NCBI GenBank assembly: GCA_964645645.1
Contig: CAZYBC010000001.1
Span: forward strand, 6,064 to 70,063
From: an uncultured Pseudomonadales bacterium
GTDB taxonomy: Bacteria; Patescibacteriota; Microgenomatia; UBA1400; PJMF01
Direction of reading: 5' to 3'
Length of the DNA: 64,000 bases
The position numbers were made by a program, and so were the translations under genes. This document shows positions 38,355 to 47,900 of the stretch, piece by piece. The first letter of the stretch is position 1. Each line of letters opens with the position of its first letter. The notes below the pieces were generated by a model. The model had not been told where the DNA came from. It did not search any database and saw only the letters and a program-made list of their open reading frames with translations.

Positions 38355-39220
38355 AAGCGCTAAAAACTTCTCTGATTAATATTCGACGAGCTCCTTATCA
38401 AGCTTTTATTGCTATTGTAATGATGACCTTAACCTTTTTTGTTAGTTATTGTCTTTCAATTACTTTAGTAGGGGCTGATCAAATTTTAAAATTTTTTGAA
38501 TCAAGACCTCAAGTAATAGGCTTCTTCCAAATTACCAGCAACCAGACTACGATTGATAATTTTGTTAAAGAAATTAAAACCAAACCTTTTGTCGCTGAAG
38601 TTAAAGTAGTTAGCAAAAATGAAGCTCTAGAATTATATAAAAAAGAAAATCAAGATAATCCGCTACTTTTAGAATTAGTCACGGCTGACATTTTACCAGC
38701 TAGTATAGAAGTCTCAGCTACTGATATTACTCACTTGCCAGATGTTAAAAGTTACCTTGATCAATCAACAGATATCGAAGAAGTAGTTTTACAGCGAGAT
38801 ATTATAGATACCTTAATAAATTGGACAAATTCTATTAGAACCATTGGTTTAGCCATTATTACTGTTTTAGGCATTACCTCTTTCTTTATTGTTACTATTG
38901 TCATTGGTTTTAAAGCTGCTAATCATAAAACAGCCATTGGCATTATGAGTTTAATTGGCGCCACTCCTAGCTATATTGTTATGCCGTTTATGTATGAAGG
39001 CGCAATTTATGCTATGTTAGGTTCTATCTTTGGTTGGCTAGCTATGTATTTGACCTTACTATATACCTCACCTTGGTTACAAAATTTCTTAGGAAATATT
39101 ATTACTTTTCCTCTGCCCAGTGAAATATTTTTAATGCAATTAGGCATTGGCACAGCCACTGGGATCTTCTTTGGTTCTTTAGCTAGCTTAACCGCAGTAA
39201 AAAGAATGATCAAAAAATGA
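38351..39220 (+). CDS. ftsX: Cell-division permease FtsX.
   Basis: Translationally coupled to ftsE (ATGA). An extracellular domain is followed by four TM helices. Confidence 0.8.
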   Translation: MKALKTSLINIRRAPYQAFIAIVMMTLTFFVSYCLSITLVGADQILKFFESRPQVIGFFQITSNQTTIDNFVKEIKTKPFVAEVKVVSKNEALELYKKENQDNPLLLELVTADILPASIEVSATDITHLPDVKSYLDQSTDIEEVVLQRDIIDTLINWTNSIRTIGLAIITVLGITSFFIVTIVIGFKAANHKTAIGIMSLIGATPSYIVMPFMYEGAIYAMLGSIFGWLAMYLTLLYTSPWLQNFLGNIITFPLPSEIFLMQLGIGTATGIFFGSLASLTAVKRMIKK

Positions 39221-40440
39221 GTTTTAAAAAACTAAAAAGTAAACTAGCAATTTTAATCCTAGGACTATTTTTAAGTCTTTTTGATTTTAATGGGTTAAAG
39301 CCTCAATTAGTTTATGCACAAAGTTGCGAAGAAATTCAATGTAATGATAAAGAAAAACTCCTAGAATGTAATCAAGAAAAACAACATTGCTGGGAAGAAA
39401 AAATTTCTCAAACTCAACAAGCCCAAGTAAGTTTAAAAAATACCATTAATATTCTTAATGGCAAAATTAGTTTACAAACTCTCCAAATTGAACAAACCAT
39501 TGCCGAAATTGATCAACTTAACCAAGAAATTACAGAACTATCCCAACGCATTCATGGTTTAAGTTTGTCTTTAGACCGCCTCAGCAGTATTTTAATTGAA
39601 AGAATTCAAGCTACTTATAAACAAAAACAAACCGCTCCTTTATTAGCACTCTTTGCTCAACAATCATTTAATGATTTCGTCACTGAACTTAAATATTTAA
39701 AACTTGCTCAAAATCAAACTGTTTATGCCATGCAACAAGCAGAAACTCAACGCTTAGAATATGATGAACAAAAAACCATTAAAGAAAATAAACAAACTGA
39801 ATTAGAAGCTAAAGAAAATAAATTAAAGCAACAACAAACGCAACTCACTCAACAAAAAGCTGATCAACAGTTTTTACTCACTCAAACCAAAAACAGTGAA
39901 AGTCGCTACCAAGAAGAACTAGCCAAAACTTTAGCAGAGATTCAAGCTATCCAATCGATTATTGCTGGCAATGGCAATGAAAATAAAATCAGAGATGTTA
40001 ATGAAGGAGAAAAAATTGCTAGCATTATAGCCGGAGCCTCAGCTTGTTCTACTGGCACACATTTACACTTTGAAATTGTAAAGGATAAATCTCATACTAA
40101 TCCAGCTAATTTGCTAAAAAATGTTGATGTTACTTGGTATAACAGTCCTGATGGGCCATTTGGCTTTTCAGGTGATTGGAGTTGGCCTATTAACAATCCA
40201 GCTATTGTCACTCAAGGTTATGGCATGACTAGTTTTGCAAGAACCGGCTTTTATGGTGGTGGGCCTCATACTGGGATTGATATGCTTAGTAAATCTCAAA
40301 GTGATTTAAGCATTGTGGCTGTTAAAGGAGGAGAACTTTATCGTGGTAGTATTGCTTGTGGTGGAGGGATGCTCAGATATGTTAAAGTAAAGCATAAAGA
40401 TAGTGACTATAGTACTTATTATTTGCACGTTAATTATTAA
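39217..40440 (+). CDS. Coiled-coil M23-family peptidase (EnvC-like partner of FtsEX).
   Basis: Long N-terminal coiled coil. C-terminal M23 motifs HTGIDM and YLHVNY. Confidence 0.75.
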   Translation: MSFKKLKSKLAILILGLFLSLFDFNGLKPQLVYAQSCEEIQCNDKEKLLECNQEKQHCWEEKISQTQQAQVSLKNTINILNGKISLQTLQIEQTIAEIDQLNQEITELSQRIHGLSLSLDRLSSILIERIQATYKQKQTAPLLALFAQQSFNDFVTELKYLKLAQNQTVYAMQQAETQRLEYDEQKTIKENKQTELEAKENKLKQQQTQLTQQKADQQFLLTQTKNSESRYQEELAKTLAEIQAIQSIIAGNGNENKIRDVNEGEKIASIIAGASACSTGTHLHFEIVKDKSHTNPANLLKNVDVTWYNSPDGPFGFSGDWSWPINNPAIVTQGYGMTSFARTGFYGGGPHTGIDMLSKSQSDLSIVAVKGGELYRGSIACGGGMLRYVKVKHKDSDYSTYYLHVNY

Positions 40441-40454
40441 CTTAGAAGAGCAAT

Positions 40455-40757
40455 ATGACTCAAAAACCACAATATTTAGATCAAGCCTTTAAAGAAGAAC
40501 TAGATAAAATGCTAGTTACTTTTATTCAAAAACATAAAGATTATGGTAAAGGTAACATTTTAGATACTGGCGAACTAGGGATTATTTTTCGCGTTAATGA
40601 TAAAGTTAACCGACTAAAAAACTTATTAAGTAAAGACCAAGATCCCGCCAATGAATCAATTAATGATACCTGGATGGATATTGCTGTTTATGGCATCATT
40701 GCCTTATTACTGCGCAATGGTAAATTTGATAAATTAAATTTAGACCCTAAAAAATAA
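40455..40757 (+). CDS. Small hypothetical protein, possibly MazG-like all-alpha NTP pyrophosphohydrolase.
   Basis: 100-aa ORF. KHKDYGKGNI...RVNDKVNRLKNLL loosely resembles the MazG-like fold. Confidence 0.4.
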   Translation: MTQKPQYLDQAFKEELDKMLVTFIQKHKDYGKGNILDTGELGIIFRVNDKVNRLKNLLSKDQDPANESINDTWMDIAVYGIIALLLRNGKFDKLNLDPKK

Positions 40758-40778
40758 ATATTAAAACTAAAAACAAAA

Positions 40779-40804
40779 AGCCGGCTAGTGAGCCGGCTTT
40801 TTTA
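40779..40804. terminator. Bidirectional intrinsic terminator between convergent genes.
   Basis: AGCCGGC-TAGTGA-GCCGGCT is a perfect 7-bp GC stem flanked by an A-run upstream and a T-run downstream. Confidence 0.7.
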
Positions 40805-40819
40805 ATTTAAATTCTAAAA

Positions 40820-41449
40820 CTATTCAGCTTTTTCTAATCTTGCTAAAAGTTTATTGTAAATCAAATAATAAGTTAATGAAGCTACTGGAGCGGTAATCAA
40901 TAAGCCAATCCCCAAAGCAAACATTCCTGATAAGGAAAATAAGGCGATCAATAAATAAAGAACAAATAATTTCCATTTAATACCCTCAGTCATCTTAGCA
41001 CTCATATCCATGGCTTCTTTAGCTTTCACTCCTTTGTCAACAATTAACAATAAAGTAAACATATATTTAATTGTCCAGATAATTCCAGGGACAATTAACA
41101 AGAAATAACCAAGACAAATCACTAAAGCCACTCTAATACTTCCCCAAATATATTTCCATAAATCATGGTAAGTAGAAAAAATTAAGTCTAAATTTACTTC
41201 TTTACCGCGAGATAAATAAATTAAAGCCTTTACCAATCCCATACTCAATACCATGCTAGCTATCCACATAACTACGTTAAAAATAAAATAAAGAAAAGCT
41301 GAATCTTCTAGTAAAACTGAAACTGCTGATATTAGAGCAGAAAACATAAAAGAAGCTGAAAATAAACCATAAATTATAGCCCATTTTTTCTTAAAAATTT
41401 CCCAGCTTTCTTTAATGGTACTGGAAAAACCCAATTCTGGCATCGACAT
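40820..41449 (-). CDS. Polytopic membrane protein (DUF975-like).
   Basis: Start chosen at MSMPELG. The ORF track extends to 41623. Multiple TM helices. Confidence 0.5.
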   Translation of the reverse strand: MSMPELGFSSTIKESWEIFKKKWAIIYGLFSASFMFSALISAVSVLLEDSAFLYFIFNVVMWIASMVLSMGLVKALIYLSRGKEVNLDLIFSTYHDLWKYIWGSIRVALVICLGYFLLIVPGIIWTIKYMFTLLLIVDKGVKAKEAMDMSAKMTEGIKWKLFVLYLLIALFSLSGMFALGIGLLITAPVASLTYYLIYNKLLARLEKAE

Positions 41450-41637
41450 GTTGTCCTTTGCTATTTTATAAAATAAAAGCATTAACTTGCTTTCTTTTTT
41501 TATTATATATGAAAAAGAATAATAATTTCCAGATGTTATTCTCAGCATTTTTTTGTATAATTGAAAAGTTAAACCTAAACTTCTCAAAAAGTTAACTAAA
41601 AATTTGTTACAATAGCCAAGCAAATTAAAATTTTAAT

Positions 41638-41672
41638 AGACTTACTGCGAAATAAAATTTCGTAGTAAGTCT
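41638..41672. repeat. MITE/REP-like repeat, copy C (35 bp minimal hairpin).
   Basis: AGACTTACTGCGAAAT-AAA-ATTTCGTAGTAAGTCT is a 16-bp stem with one G.T pair. It lies 8 bp upstream of tRNA-Ser(GCT). Confidence 0.8.
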
Positions 41673-41680
41673 AATATTAA

Positions 41681-41768
41681 GGAAGCGTCGCATAGTGGCC
41701 AATTGCACAGGTTTGCTAAACCTGAGTCCTTTTGGGCTTCGTGGGTTCGAATCCCACCGCTTCCGCCA
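41681..41768 (+). tRNA. tRNA-Ser (anticodon GCT), CCA encoded.
   Basis: Acceptor GGAAGCG/CGCTTCC, anticodon stem CAGGT/ACCTG with loop TTGCTAA, long variable arm, T-arm GTGGG-TTCGAAT-CCCAC, then G-CCA. Confidence 0.85.
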
Positions 41769-41770
41769 AT

Positions 41771-41800
41771 AAAAAAACTACCGAAAGGTAGTTTTTTTTT
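41771..41800 (+). terminator. Intrinsic terminator after tRNA-Ser(GCT).
   Basis: AAACTACC-GAAA-GGTAGTTT hairpin followed by a T9 run. Confidence 0.75.
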
Positions 41801-41831
41801 GGCAAAAAATGGGTGGATGATAAGACGCTAA

Positions 41832-42812
41832 TTATAAAATTGCGTTAAATAAATACCCCATAAACATTATGGCTAAGATTGTTATTCCAAAAAAAGCAAA
41901 AAGTAATTGCTTTTTCATAAGTTTTGCTAACATTAAACCCTCTGGAATAGAAATTGTGACGGTTGCAGTCATAAAGGCAAGTGCTGTCCCCATCGGAACA
42001 CCTTTATTAATTATTGCCTCAACAATCGGGATTACGCCTACAGAATTAGCATAAAGCGGCGCCCCAATTATTACTGCCATTGGTACTACCCACCATTCTT
42101 TACTAGACAAATATTTTATTACCAAAATTTCTGGCACTAAGCCATGAATTAAAGCCCCAATTCCCACCCCTAATACAACATAAGGAAAAACTTTTTTAGT
42201 AATTCCCCAAGCTTCGTTAGTCCAATGTTTAAATAAATCCTTAAATGGAACTGTGGCATTTTCATATTCTGCTTCAATTTGTTTTTTAGATTTAAATTTT
42301 AAAAATTCTGGCTGAATATATTTTTCCATCTTTAATTTTTGAATGACCATACCACCGATTACACTAGCTAATATTCCCACCAAATTATATAAAAGAGTAT
42401 TTTTTAGTCCAAAAATAGCCGGAAATAAATAAAGTGATGATTCATTAACTAATGGCGAACTAATTAAAAAAGTAAAAGTTACACCTAATGGGATGCCTGC
42501 TGAAAGAAAACCAATAAAAAGTGGAATAGACGAACAAGAACAAAAAGGAGTAACAACACCTAATAATGCAGCTAGCAAATAATCAAAACCATACCAATTT
42601 CTTTTAGTTAAAATATCTCTCACTTTCTCTATCGGAAAATAATAACGAGTCATAGCCATAATATAATTAATAACAATCAGCAGTAAACTAATTTTGATAA
42701 GATCGTAAACAAAAAAATTAACTCCATTACCTAAGTATGATCCTTCTTTAATTCCCAACCATTGATATGTGGCCAAATCGGCAAACTGTTGAATAGGAGT
42801 AAAGATACTCAT
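41832..42812 (-). CDS. Predicted permease (DUF318-type).
   Basis: 326 aa, polytopic, with a conserved FCSCSSIPL motif. Confidence 0.6.
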   Translation of the reverse strand: MSIFTPIQQFADLATYQWLGIKEGSYLGNGVNFFVYDLIKISLLLIVINYIMAMTRYYFPIEKVRDILTKRNWYGFDYLLAALLGVVTPFCSCSSIPLFIGFLSAGIPLGVTFTFLISSPLVNESSLYLFPAIFGLKNTLLYNLVGILASVIGGMVIQKLKMEKYIQPEFLKFKSKKQIEAEYENATVPFKDLFKHWTNEAWGITKKVFPYVVLGVGIGALIHGLVPEILVIKYLSSKEWWVVPMAVIIGAPLYANSVGVIPIVEAIINKGVPMGTALAFMTATVTISIPEGLMLAKLMKKQLLFAFFGITILAIMFMGYLFNAIL

Positions 42813-42815
42813 AAT

Positions 42816-43070
42816 TTATTCTTTTACTAATTGAGTAATTATTGTTTTAAGTTTATTTAAATCACGATTAAAACCAACCATGGCAATTTTATCATTAATA
42901 ACTAGAACTGGACTGCTCATCGCGCCTAATTCAATAATCCTTTTAGTGCCATCTGTACCGGTTAAATATTCTACCTCTACTTTAATACCTATCTCTGCGA
43001 CAATTTTTTGAACAGCTTCGTGTAGTTGAGAACAAGTGGGGCAACCAGAACCTAATACTTGAATTTTCAT
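42816..43070 (-). CDS. Thioredoxin-fold redox-active disulfide protein (CPTC motif).
   Basis: MKIQVLGSGCPTCSQL. 84 aa. This is the usual partner of DUF318 permeases. Confidence 0.7.
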   Translation of the reverse strand: MKIQVLGSGCPTCSQLHEAVQKIVAEIGIKVEVEYLTGTDGTKRIIELGAMSSPVLVINDKIAMVGFNRDLNKLKTIITQLVKE

Positions 43071-43075
43071 AAATT

Positions 43076-44152
43076 TTATCTTTCTAAATACCTTTTTAAT
43101 ATTTTTTCTCTTTCCTGCTGAAAAAGTTGTGCATATTTTTTAATAATTGGATTGCTTGCAAAAGTTACTGAGTCTAATAACTTATGACCAACCTCAGCTA
43201 TTAAAGCTATCATCGTCATTTGATTATCAGTCAACTTATCTGAACCAATGTTACTCCAAGCTGGATCTGCTGTAAAAAATTTTTCAACTGGCCCTAGATT
43301 TTTATCTTGATCTTTTTGTGGCAACCATTCTTGAATGGCTAAACGAGTAAACTTTAATTTCAAAGCTATTAACTCAGCCTTTAGATCAGCAGATCCCTCT
43401 TTTGGCATTCTTTCTAACCAATGTCCCAATTCATGAATTAATACTCCTATTACTTTTGGGTAATCAAATACTTTTCTATTTTGACCATTAGCGTCAAGCT
43501 GTATAAATAGTGAACCAAAAGCACTAACTAAAATTTCAATAATTCCACCATTATTATAATCAATCATGGCTCCAGCATTATCAAGGTTTCCACTACCTGA
43601 AAAACTATCCACTAATTTAATCTTGGCTGGTAAAAAATTGGATAGAATTCCTAAATCAATTAGAATTTCATCAGTAGAAAAATCAAGTTCTAATTCTTTA
43701 ACAGTTTCTGATTCACATATAATTTGGCAATTTTTATTTACTAGCGAAGTAGATTCACTTTCTTTATCGAGCTCTACTGAAGAAGAACTATCTATACCAT
43801 TGATCAGTAAATCATAGGCAGTCCGAGTTTGTAAAACAAAACTCAAATTACTGTTACTTATTTGAGTTTGTAAAGCATCCATATATTGAGAAATATTGCA
43901 CAACATTTTAGCTAATTGTAAATGTTCATAAAGCACTAAAGCACAGTTCCTATAATTAGCCGGTAAGGCTTGCTGCAATTGTTCTAAAGTCAAATCTGCC
44001 ATTTCTTCTGGAGTATAAGCTGATTTTTTAGTTTCAATTCCACAACCAGCTAAAACAGCCGTAGCAGCTGAACCTAAAAACAAAGTCCAGATTAATTTTA
44101 ATAATTGCCTTCTAGTTATTTTTTTAGGCTCAACAGTATTAGCTTCTTTCAT
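43076..44152 (-). CDS. Lipoprotein with an HExxH zinc-metallopeptidase motif.
   Basis: LAGCG lipobox and VLIHELGHWLERMP. Confidence 0.5.
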   Translation of the reverse strand: MKEANTVEPKKITRRQLLKLIWTLFLGSAATAVLAGCGIETKKSAYTPEEMADLTLEQLQQALPANYRNCALVLYEHLQLAKMLCNISQYMDALQTQISNSNLSFVLQTRTAYDLLINGIDSSSSVELDKESESTSLVNKNCQIICESETVKELELDFSTDEILIDLGILSNFLPAKIKLVDSFSGSGNLDNAGAMIDYNNGGIIEILVSAFGSLFIQLDANGQNRKVFDYPKVIGVLIHELGHWLERMPKEGSADLKAELIALKLKFTRLAIQEWLPQKDQDKNLGPVEKFFTADPAWSNIGSDKLTDNQMTMIALIAEVGHKLLDSVTFASNPIIKKYAQLFQQEREKILKRYLER

Positions 44153-44261
44153 CTTATCTATTAAATAACTTTTTAAAAAGGTCTGTCAAAAGGGAAATAC
44201 ATTTAATAATATTCTGTTATATAATAGATATGTTTCTGCCCAAATCCCAAAAGGGAAACAA

Positions 44262-45329
44262 ATGACCAGAACTTTTAGTATCATTATTATTTTTCATAAT
44301 GAACAAGCTGGCTTAAAAAATTGCCTCCTATCTGTTTTAAAACAAAATTACCCTCAAAATAAATATCAAATAATTTTAGTAAATGATTCTTCTAAAGATA
44401 ATTCTGTTAAAACTATTCAAACTCTGCTTCAAGAACCAAATATTTCATTAATTAACTCCGATAAACCTTTAGGTATTTCTACTGCTAGAAATCTTGCTAT
44501 TAAAAAGGCCAAAGGAGAAATTTTATTTTTTATAGATGCTCATATCTATTTACAAAGAAATACTCTTTCAATAATTAATCAAAAATTAAATCAATATCCT
44601 CAAATTTCTGGAGTCTGTGGACAATATTCTGCTAAAGAAAAAAATGACTATAATGTTATTAGAGATTTACGAAGAATAATCAATTTTAAAAAAGCCGAGC
44701 AAGATTTTATTATTGATTTAGAAAATTTTACTACTTTTTCTATAGCCGTAGGCGCATATAAAAAAGAAGTTTTTAAAAATAATTTTTTCCCAGATCATTT
44801 TGAAAATAGTGCTGGAGAAGATGTTTATGTGCAATTAAAAGCTCATCATAATGGACACAAATTTCTTTATACCTCAGATATATCTGCATATCATGACGCA
44901 AAATTAAGTTTAAAAAAATTATTGACTAAATTAACTCAAGAGATAAAAGGCACTATTAATATAATTATTCATTCTATTGAAAATAATGATCACTTTAACT
45001 TACCTTTCTTGGAACATTTTTTAGATTATCCAATTTTAATTTATGTATTTTTAATTTCCTTTTTATTAACTAAAAATATTTATTTAGGAATAATTTTTTT
45101 ATTAGCCTTTATCATTAGATACAGTAAAACTGTACAAGCAATAAAAATTAAACCACAGTTTTTTATTCAATATTTAATTTTTTTAATTATTAAAGATTTT
45201 TTACAATTTATTGCTTTAACAACTCTATTATTCAATAAAAATGCAAAAATCTTTAACTATCTAATTACTATTAAAAAAAATCAATTAAAAAATTATTTTA
45301 AAATCTTACCATGTGTAAGTAGAAGATAA
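44262..45329 (+). CDS. Glycosyltransferase family 2 with a C-terminal membrane domain.
   Basis: FSIIIIFHNEQAGL...IILVNDSSKDNS...FIDAH. Confidence 0.75.
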   Translation: MTRTFSIIIIFHNEQAGLKNCLLSVLKQNYPQNKYQIILVNDSSKDNSVKTIQTLLQEPNISLINSDKPLGISTARNLAIKKAKGEILFFIDAHIYLQRNTLSIINQKLNQYPQISGVCGQYSAKEKNDYNVIRDLRRIINFKKAEQDFIIDLENFTTFSIAVGAYKKEVFKNNFFPDHFENSAGEDVYVQLKAHHNGHKFLYTSDISAYHDAKLSLKKLLTKLTQEIKGTINIIIHSIENNDHFNLPFLEHFLDYPILIYVFLISFLLTKNIYLGIIFLLAFIIRYSKTVQAIKIKPQFFIQYLIFLIIKDFLQFIALTTLLFNKNAKIFNYLITIKKNQLKNYFKILPCVSRR

Positions 45330-45339
45330 ATAAAAAAAT

Positions 45340-46506
45340 ATGTTAAAGAAAAAAATAGACTATACTAATCCTGGACATCTTAAACTTTGTATTCTTTCAG
45401 AAGGAATTAATGTCCAAGCAATTAAAACTTACCAAAAAATTCAATTTGCAGAAAATACTTATCAGTATGGCAATGGTAATAAATTAGATGAAATTAAATC
45501 AAAATATCCGGCCTATCTAATTTTAGCTGATGAAACTAATGTTGGGCTTAATTATAATAAAACTTCTCCTTGGTCATTAACTTATCAAGATAAAACTAAA
45601 AAATTATTATTAACTTATCAAGATAAAATTATTACAGAAGCTTGGCTTTCTCCACAACCTAATTTTTATTGTAAAAAATTAAGTAATGGTCAAGATATTA
45701 CCAGTGTTTTAGGCCTTTATGGTCTCCATTGCTTAACCTTTTTTGTCAGAGGTTGGTGTATGTTTATTAATAAAAATCAAGCCTGCCAATTTTGTTCTTT
45801 AGGTTTAGCCAGAAAAGAAGTTGGTAAAAAGAATGTTTTAACAACCACCCCACAATTAGCTAAAGAAGCATTAAAGATTGCTTTAGCTAGTGATAAAAAC
45901 ATTGTTGAATATATCAACTATAGTTCTGGTACTTATCCAGATTTTGATAAAGGTATAGAAGACCAATATTTAATCTTAAAAGAAATTAAAGATATTCTAC
46001 CTAAAGATAAATATATTAAACAACACATGTTAACTTTCCCTCCAGCTAATAAAAAATGGATTGAAAAATTATTCGAAGCTGGTTTAGGAAGCTTAAATTA
46101 TTCACTAGAAATCTTTGACCGTGATTTGTTTGCTAAAATTTGTCCAGGAAAAAATAATTTTTTTGGTTATGATCGTTTTATTCAATCATTTAAAGAAGCT
46201 GTTGAGATTTTTGGCAAAGGAAAAATGTATGTTAATTTTGTTGGAGGACTAGAACCTTTAGAATCTTTATTAACTGGCATTAATTATTTTGCTGACTTGG
46301 GTATCGCGTCTTCAATTAATGTCTTTCATCCAGATAAAGGCACTCCATTAGAAAATCATCCTAAACCTTCAATTGAATATTTATTTGCCATGGTAGAAGA
46401 AATGCATCGTATTTATAAAAAGCATCATTTCACTTGTATTTATCCAAAAGGAGGAACTAGAAATTCTTTAGATACTGAGGTTTGGAAAGGATATTTTGCT
46501 AACTAA
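45340..46506 (+). CDS. Hypothetical protein with a Cys cluster (Cx8Cx8Cx2C), possibly radical-SAM-like.
   Basis: CLTFFVRGWCMFINKNQACQFC, and a later VGGLEPL that resembles a GGEP motif. The spacing is non-canonical. Confidence 0.45.
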   Translation: MLKKKIDYTNPGHLKLCILSEGINVQAIKTYQKIQFAENTYQYGNGNKLDEIKSKYPAYLILADETNVGLNYNKTSPWSLTYQDKTKKLLLTYQDKIITEAWLSPQPNFYCKKLSNGQDITSVLGLYGLHCLTFFVRGWCMFINKNQACQFCSLGLARKEVGKKNVLTTTPQLAKEALKIALASDKNIVEYINYSSGTYPDFDKGIEDQYLILKEIKDILPKDKYIKQHMLTFPPANKKWIEKLFEAGLGSLNYSLEIFDRDLFAKICPGKNNFFGYDRFIQSFKEAVEIFGKGKMYVNFVGGLEPLESLLTGINYFADLGIASSINVFHPDKGTPLENHPKPSIEYLFAMVEEMHRIYKKHHFTCIYPKGGTRNSLDTEVWKGYFAN

Positions 46507-47497
46507 TCAACAAATTATTAACCAGCTAAAGAATAGAATAAACTCTTTAAAAAAAATTCAATTAAATGATTATTATGATCAATTACAAAAAAAAATTCCT
46601 TTAGAAGAATTAATTTTTAAAATTATTACTTCTTCCAAATTTAGAAAATGGGCAATTAATCAAGAAGTTAAAGATAAAATAAAAGAAGCAATTAAATTAA
46701 ATATAGAAAAAAATGAACCGATAAAAATTTCCTTTACTTTTGGTGGTTATAAGTTATGGAGAATTCCTTCTTATCCATTGGCAGATTGGGCAGAATTTTT
46801 TGCCTTACTTTTTTATTATGATTGGTTAAAATTAATCACCATTTTTTATAAACCAGGTATAATTTTTAATTTTTATTCTGATGATGTAATTGTTAACCAA
46901 ATAAACAATGTTCCAAATTCAGACATCAAAAAATATATTAGTTCTTTTGAAGAATTACTTGATTTCATTAACTCAAAAATAATGAGAAACTTTAAATTTA
47001 AACTTATCAGAATTAAAAATATTTACTCATCGTTAGAATTCAATCAAGAGTTATTAAAAAATCTAAATCAAATCAAAGAATTAAAACTTCAACCTACAAA
47101 TAATGAACTAAAAGCTACTCAATTAAATTATAAATTTAATAATCAAAATCTTGTTGATCAAAAAAAACGATTTTTATTATTACAATCATTTGAACTGCAT
47201 GCAGCTTATAGAAATTTAAGTAAAAGAAAACAGATCTGTAAAACCACTGATCAAATTATTGTTTATGCTGATCATTTTCCTACGGCAATTGGATTAGGGA
47301 CTACTAAGGATTCTATTACTAAATTTTGGATTGGCACTGGTATAATTCAAGCTAATCAAAAAAATATTCAATATACAATTTATTCACCAGTAACTTATAA
47401 AGAAAAAGTTAATTTTATAACTGAAATCAAAACAAATTTAATTAATTTAAAAAATCCAAATTTTTCTAAATTATTAATTTTAAGAAAGGAAAAATAA
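46496..47497 (+). CDS. Hypothetical protein.
   Basis: 333-aa ORF overlapping the upstream gene, extremely AT-rich. Confidence 0.45.
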   Translation: MLTNQQIINQLKNRINSLKKIQLNDYYDQLQKKIPLEELIFKIITSSKFRKWAINQEVKDKIKEAIKLNIEKNEPIKISFTFGGYKLWRIPSYPLADWAEFFALLFYYDWLKLITIFYKPGIIFNFYSDDVIVNQINNVPNSDIKKYISSFEELLDFINSKIMRNFKFKLIRIKNIYSSLEFNQELLKNLNQIKELKLQPTNNELKATQLNYKFNNQNLVDQKKRFLLLQSFELHAAYRNLSKRKQICKTTDQIIVYADHFPTAIGLGTTKDSITKFWIGTGIIQANQKNIQYTIYSPVTYKEKVNFITEIKTNLINLKNPNFSKLLILRKEK

Positions 47498-47499
47498 AT

Positions 47500-47685
47500 A
47501 TGAAAACTATAGAAGATGGCAAAAATGCTTATATTCATCAATCTGATGGATTACTAGAATGGGTTAAACAACAAGCTAAACAAAGAAGGCAAGCTAGACA
47601 AGAACGAAAAAAAAGACAAGCCGAAAGAGATGAAGCGAACCAAACTAAAGAAAGAGCAAAAGCTCAACATCATAAAATAGATTAA
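47500..47685 (+). CDS. Small highly basic protein.
   Basis: 61 aa with a KRQ-rich C-terminus, followed by a terminator. Confidence 0.4.
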   Translation: MKTIEDGKNAYIHQSDGLLEWVKQQAKQRRQARQERKKRQAERDEANQTKERAKAQHHKID

Positions 47686-47732
47686 GAATTTTTCAAAGTA
47701 TCTATACTTAGATGCTGATCTCTCTAGCTATC

Positions 47733-47762
47733 AAAAGCGCCAATACATTTGGCGCTTTTTTG
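47733..47762 (+). terminator. Intrinsic terminator.
   Basis: AGCGCC-AATACATTT-GGCGCT followed by T6. Confidence 0.7.
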
Positions 47763-47900
47763 TGCTATAATATTTAGTCTCGGCCACATTCCACGTATTG
47801 AGAGAAAAGGTATCAAATTTCAAGTTTCCTCTTAATCTTATTTATCAAAGCTTTGCTTTGAAATTATTGTTATTGGTTAACCCCAAACAAGGAGGTCAAA

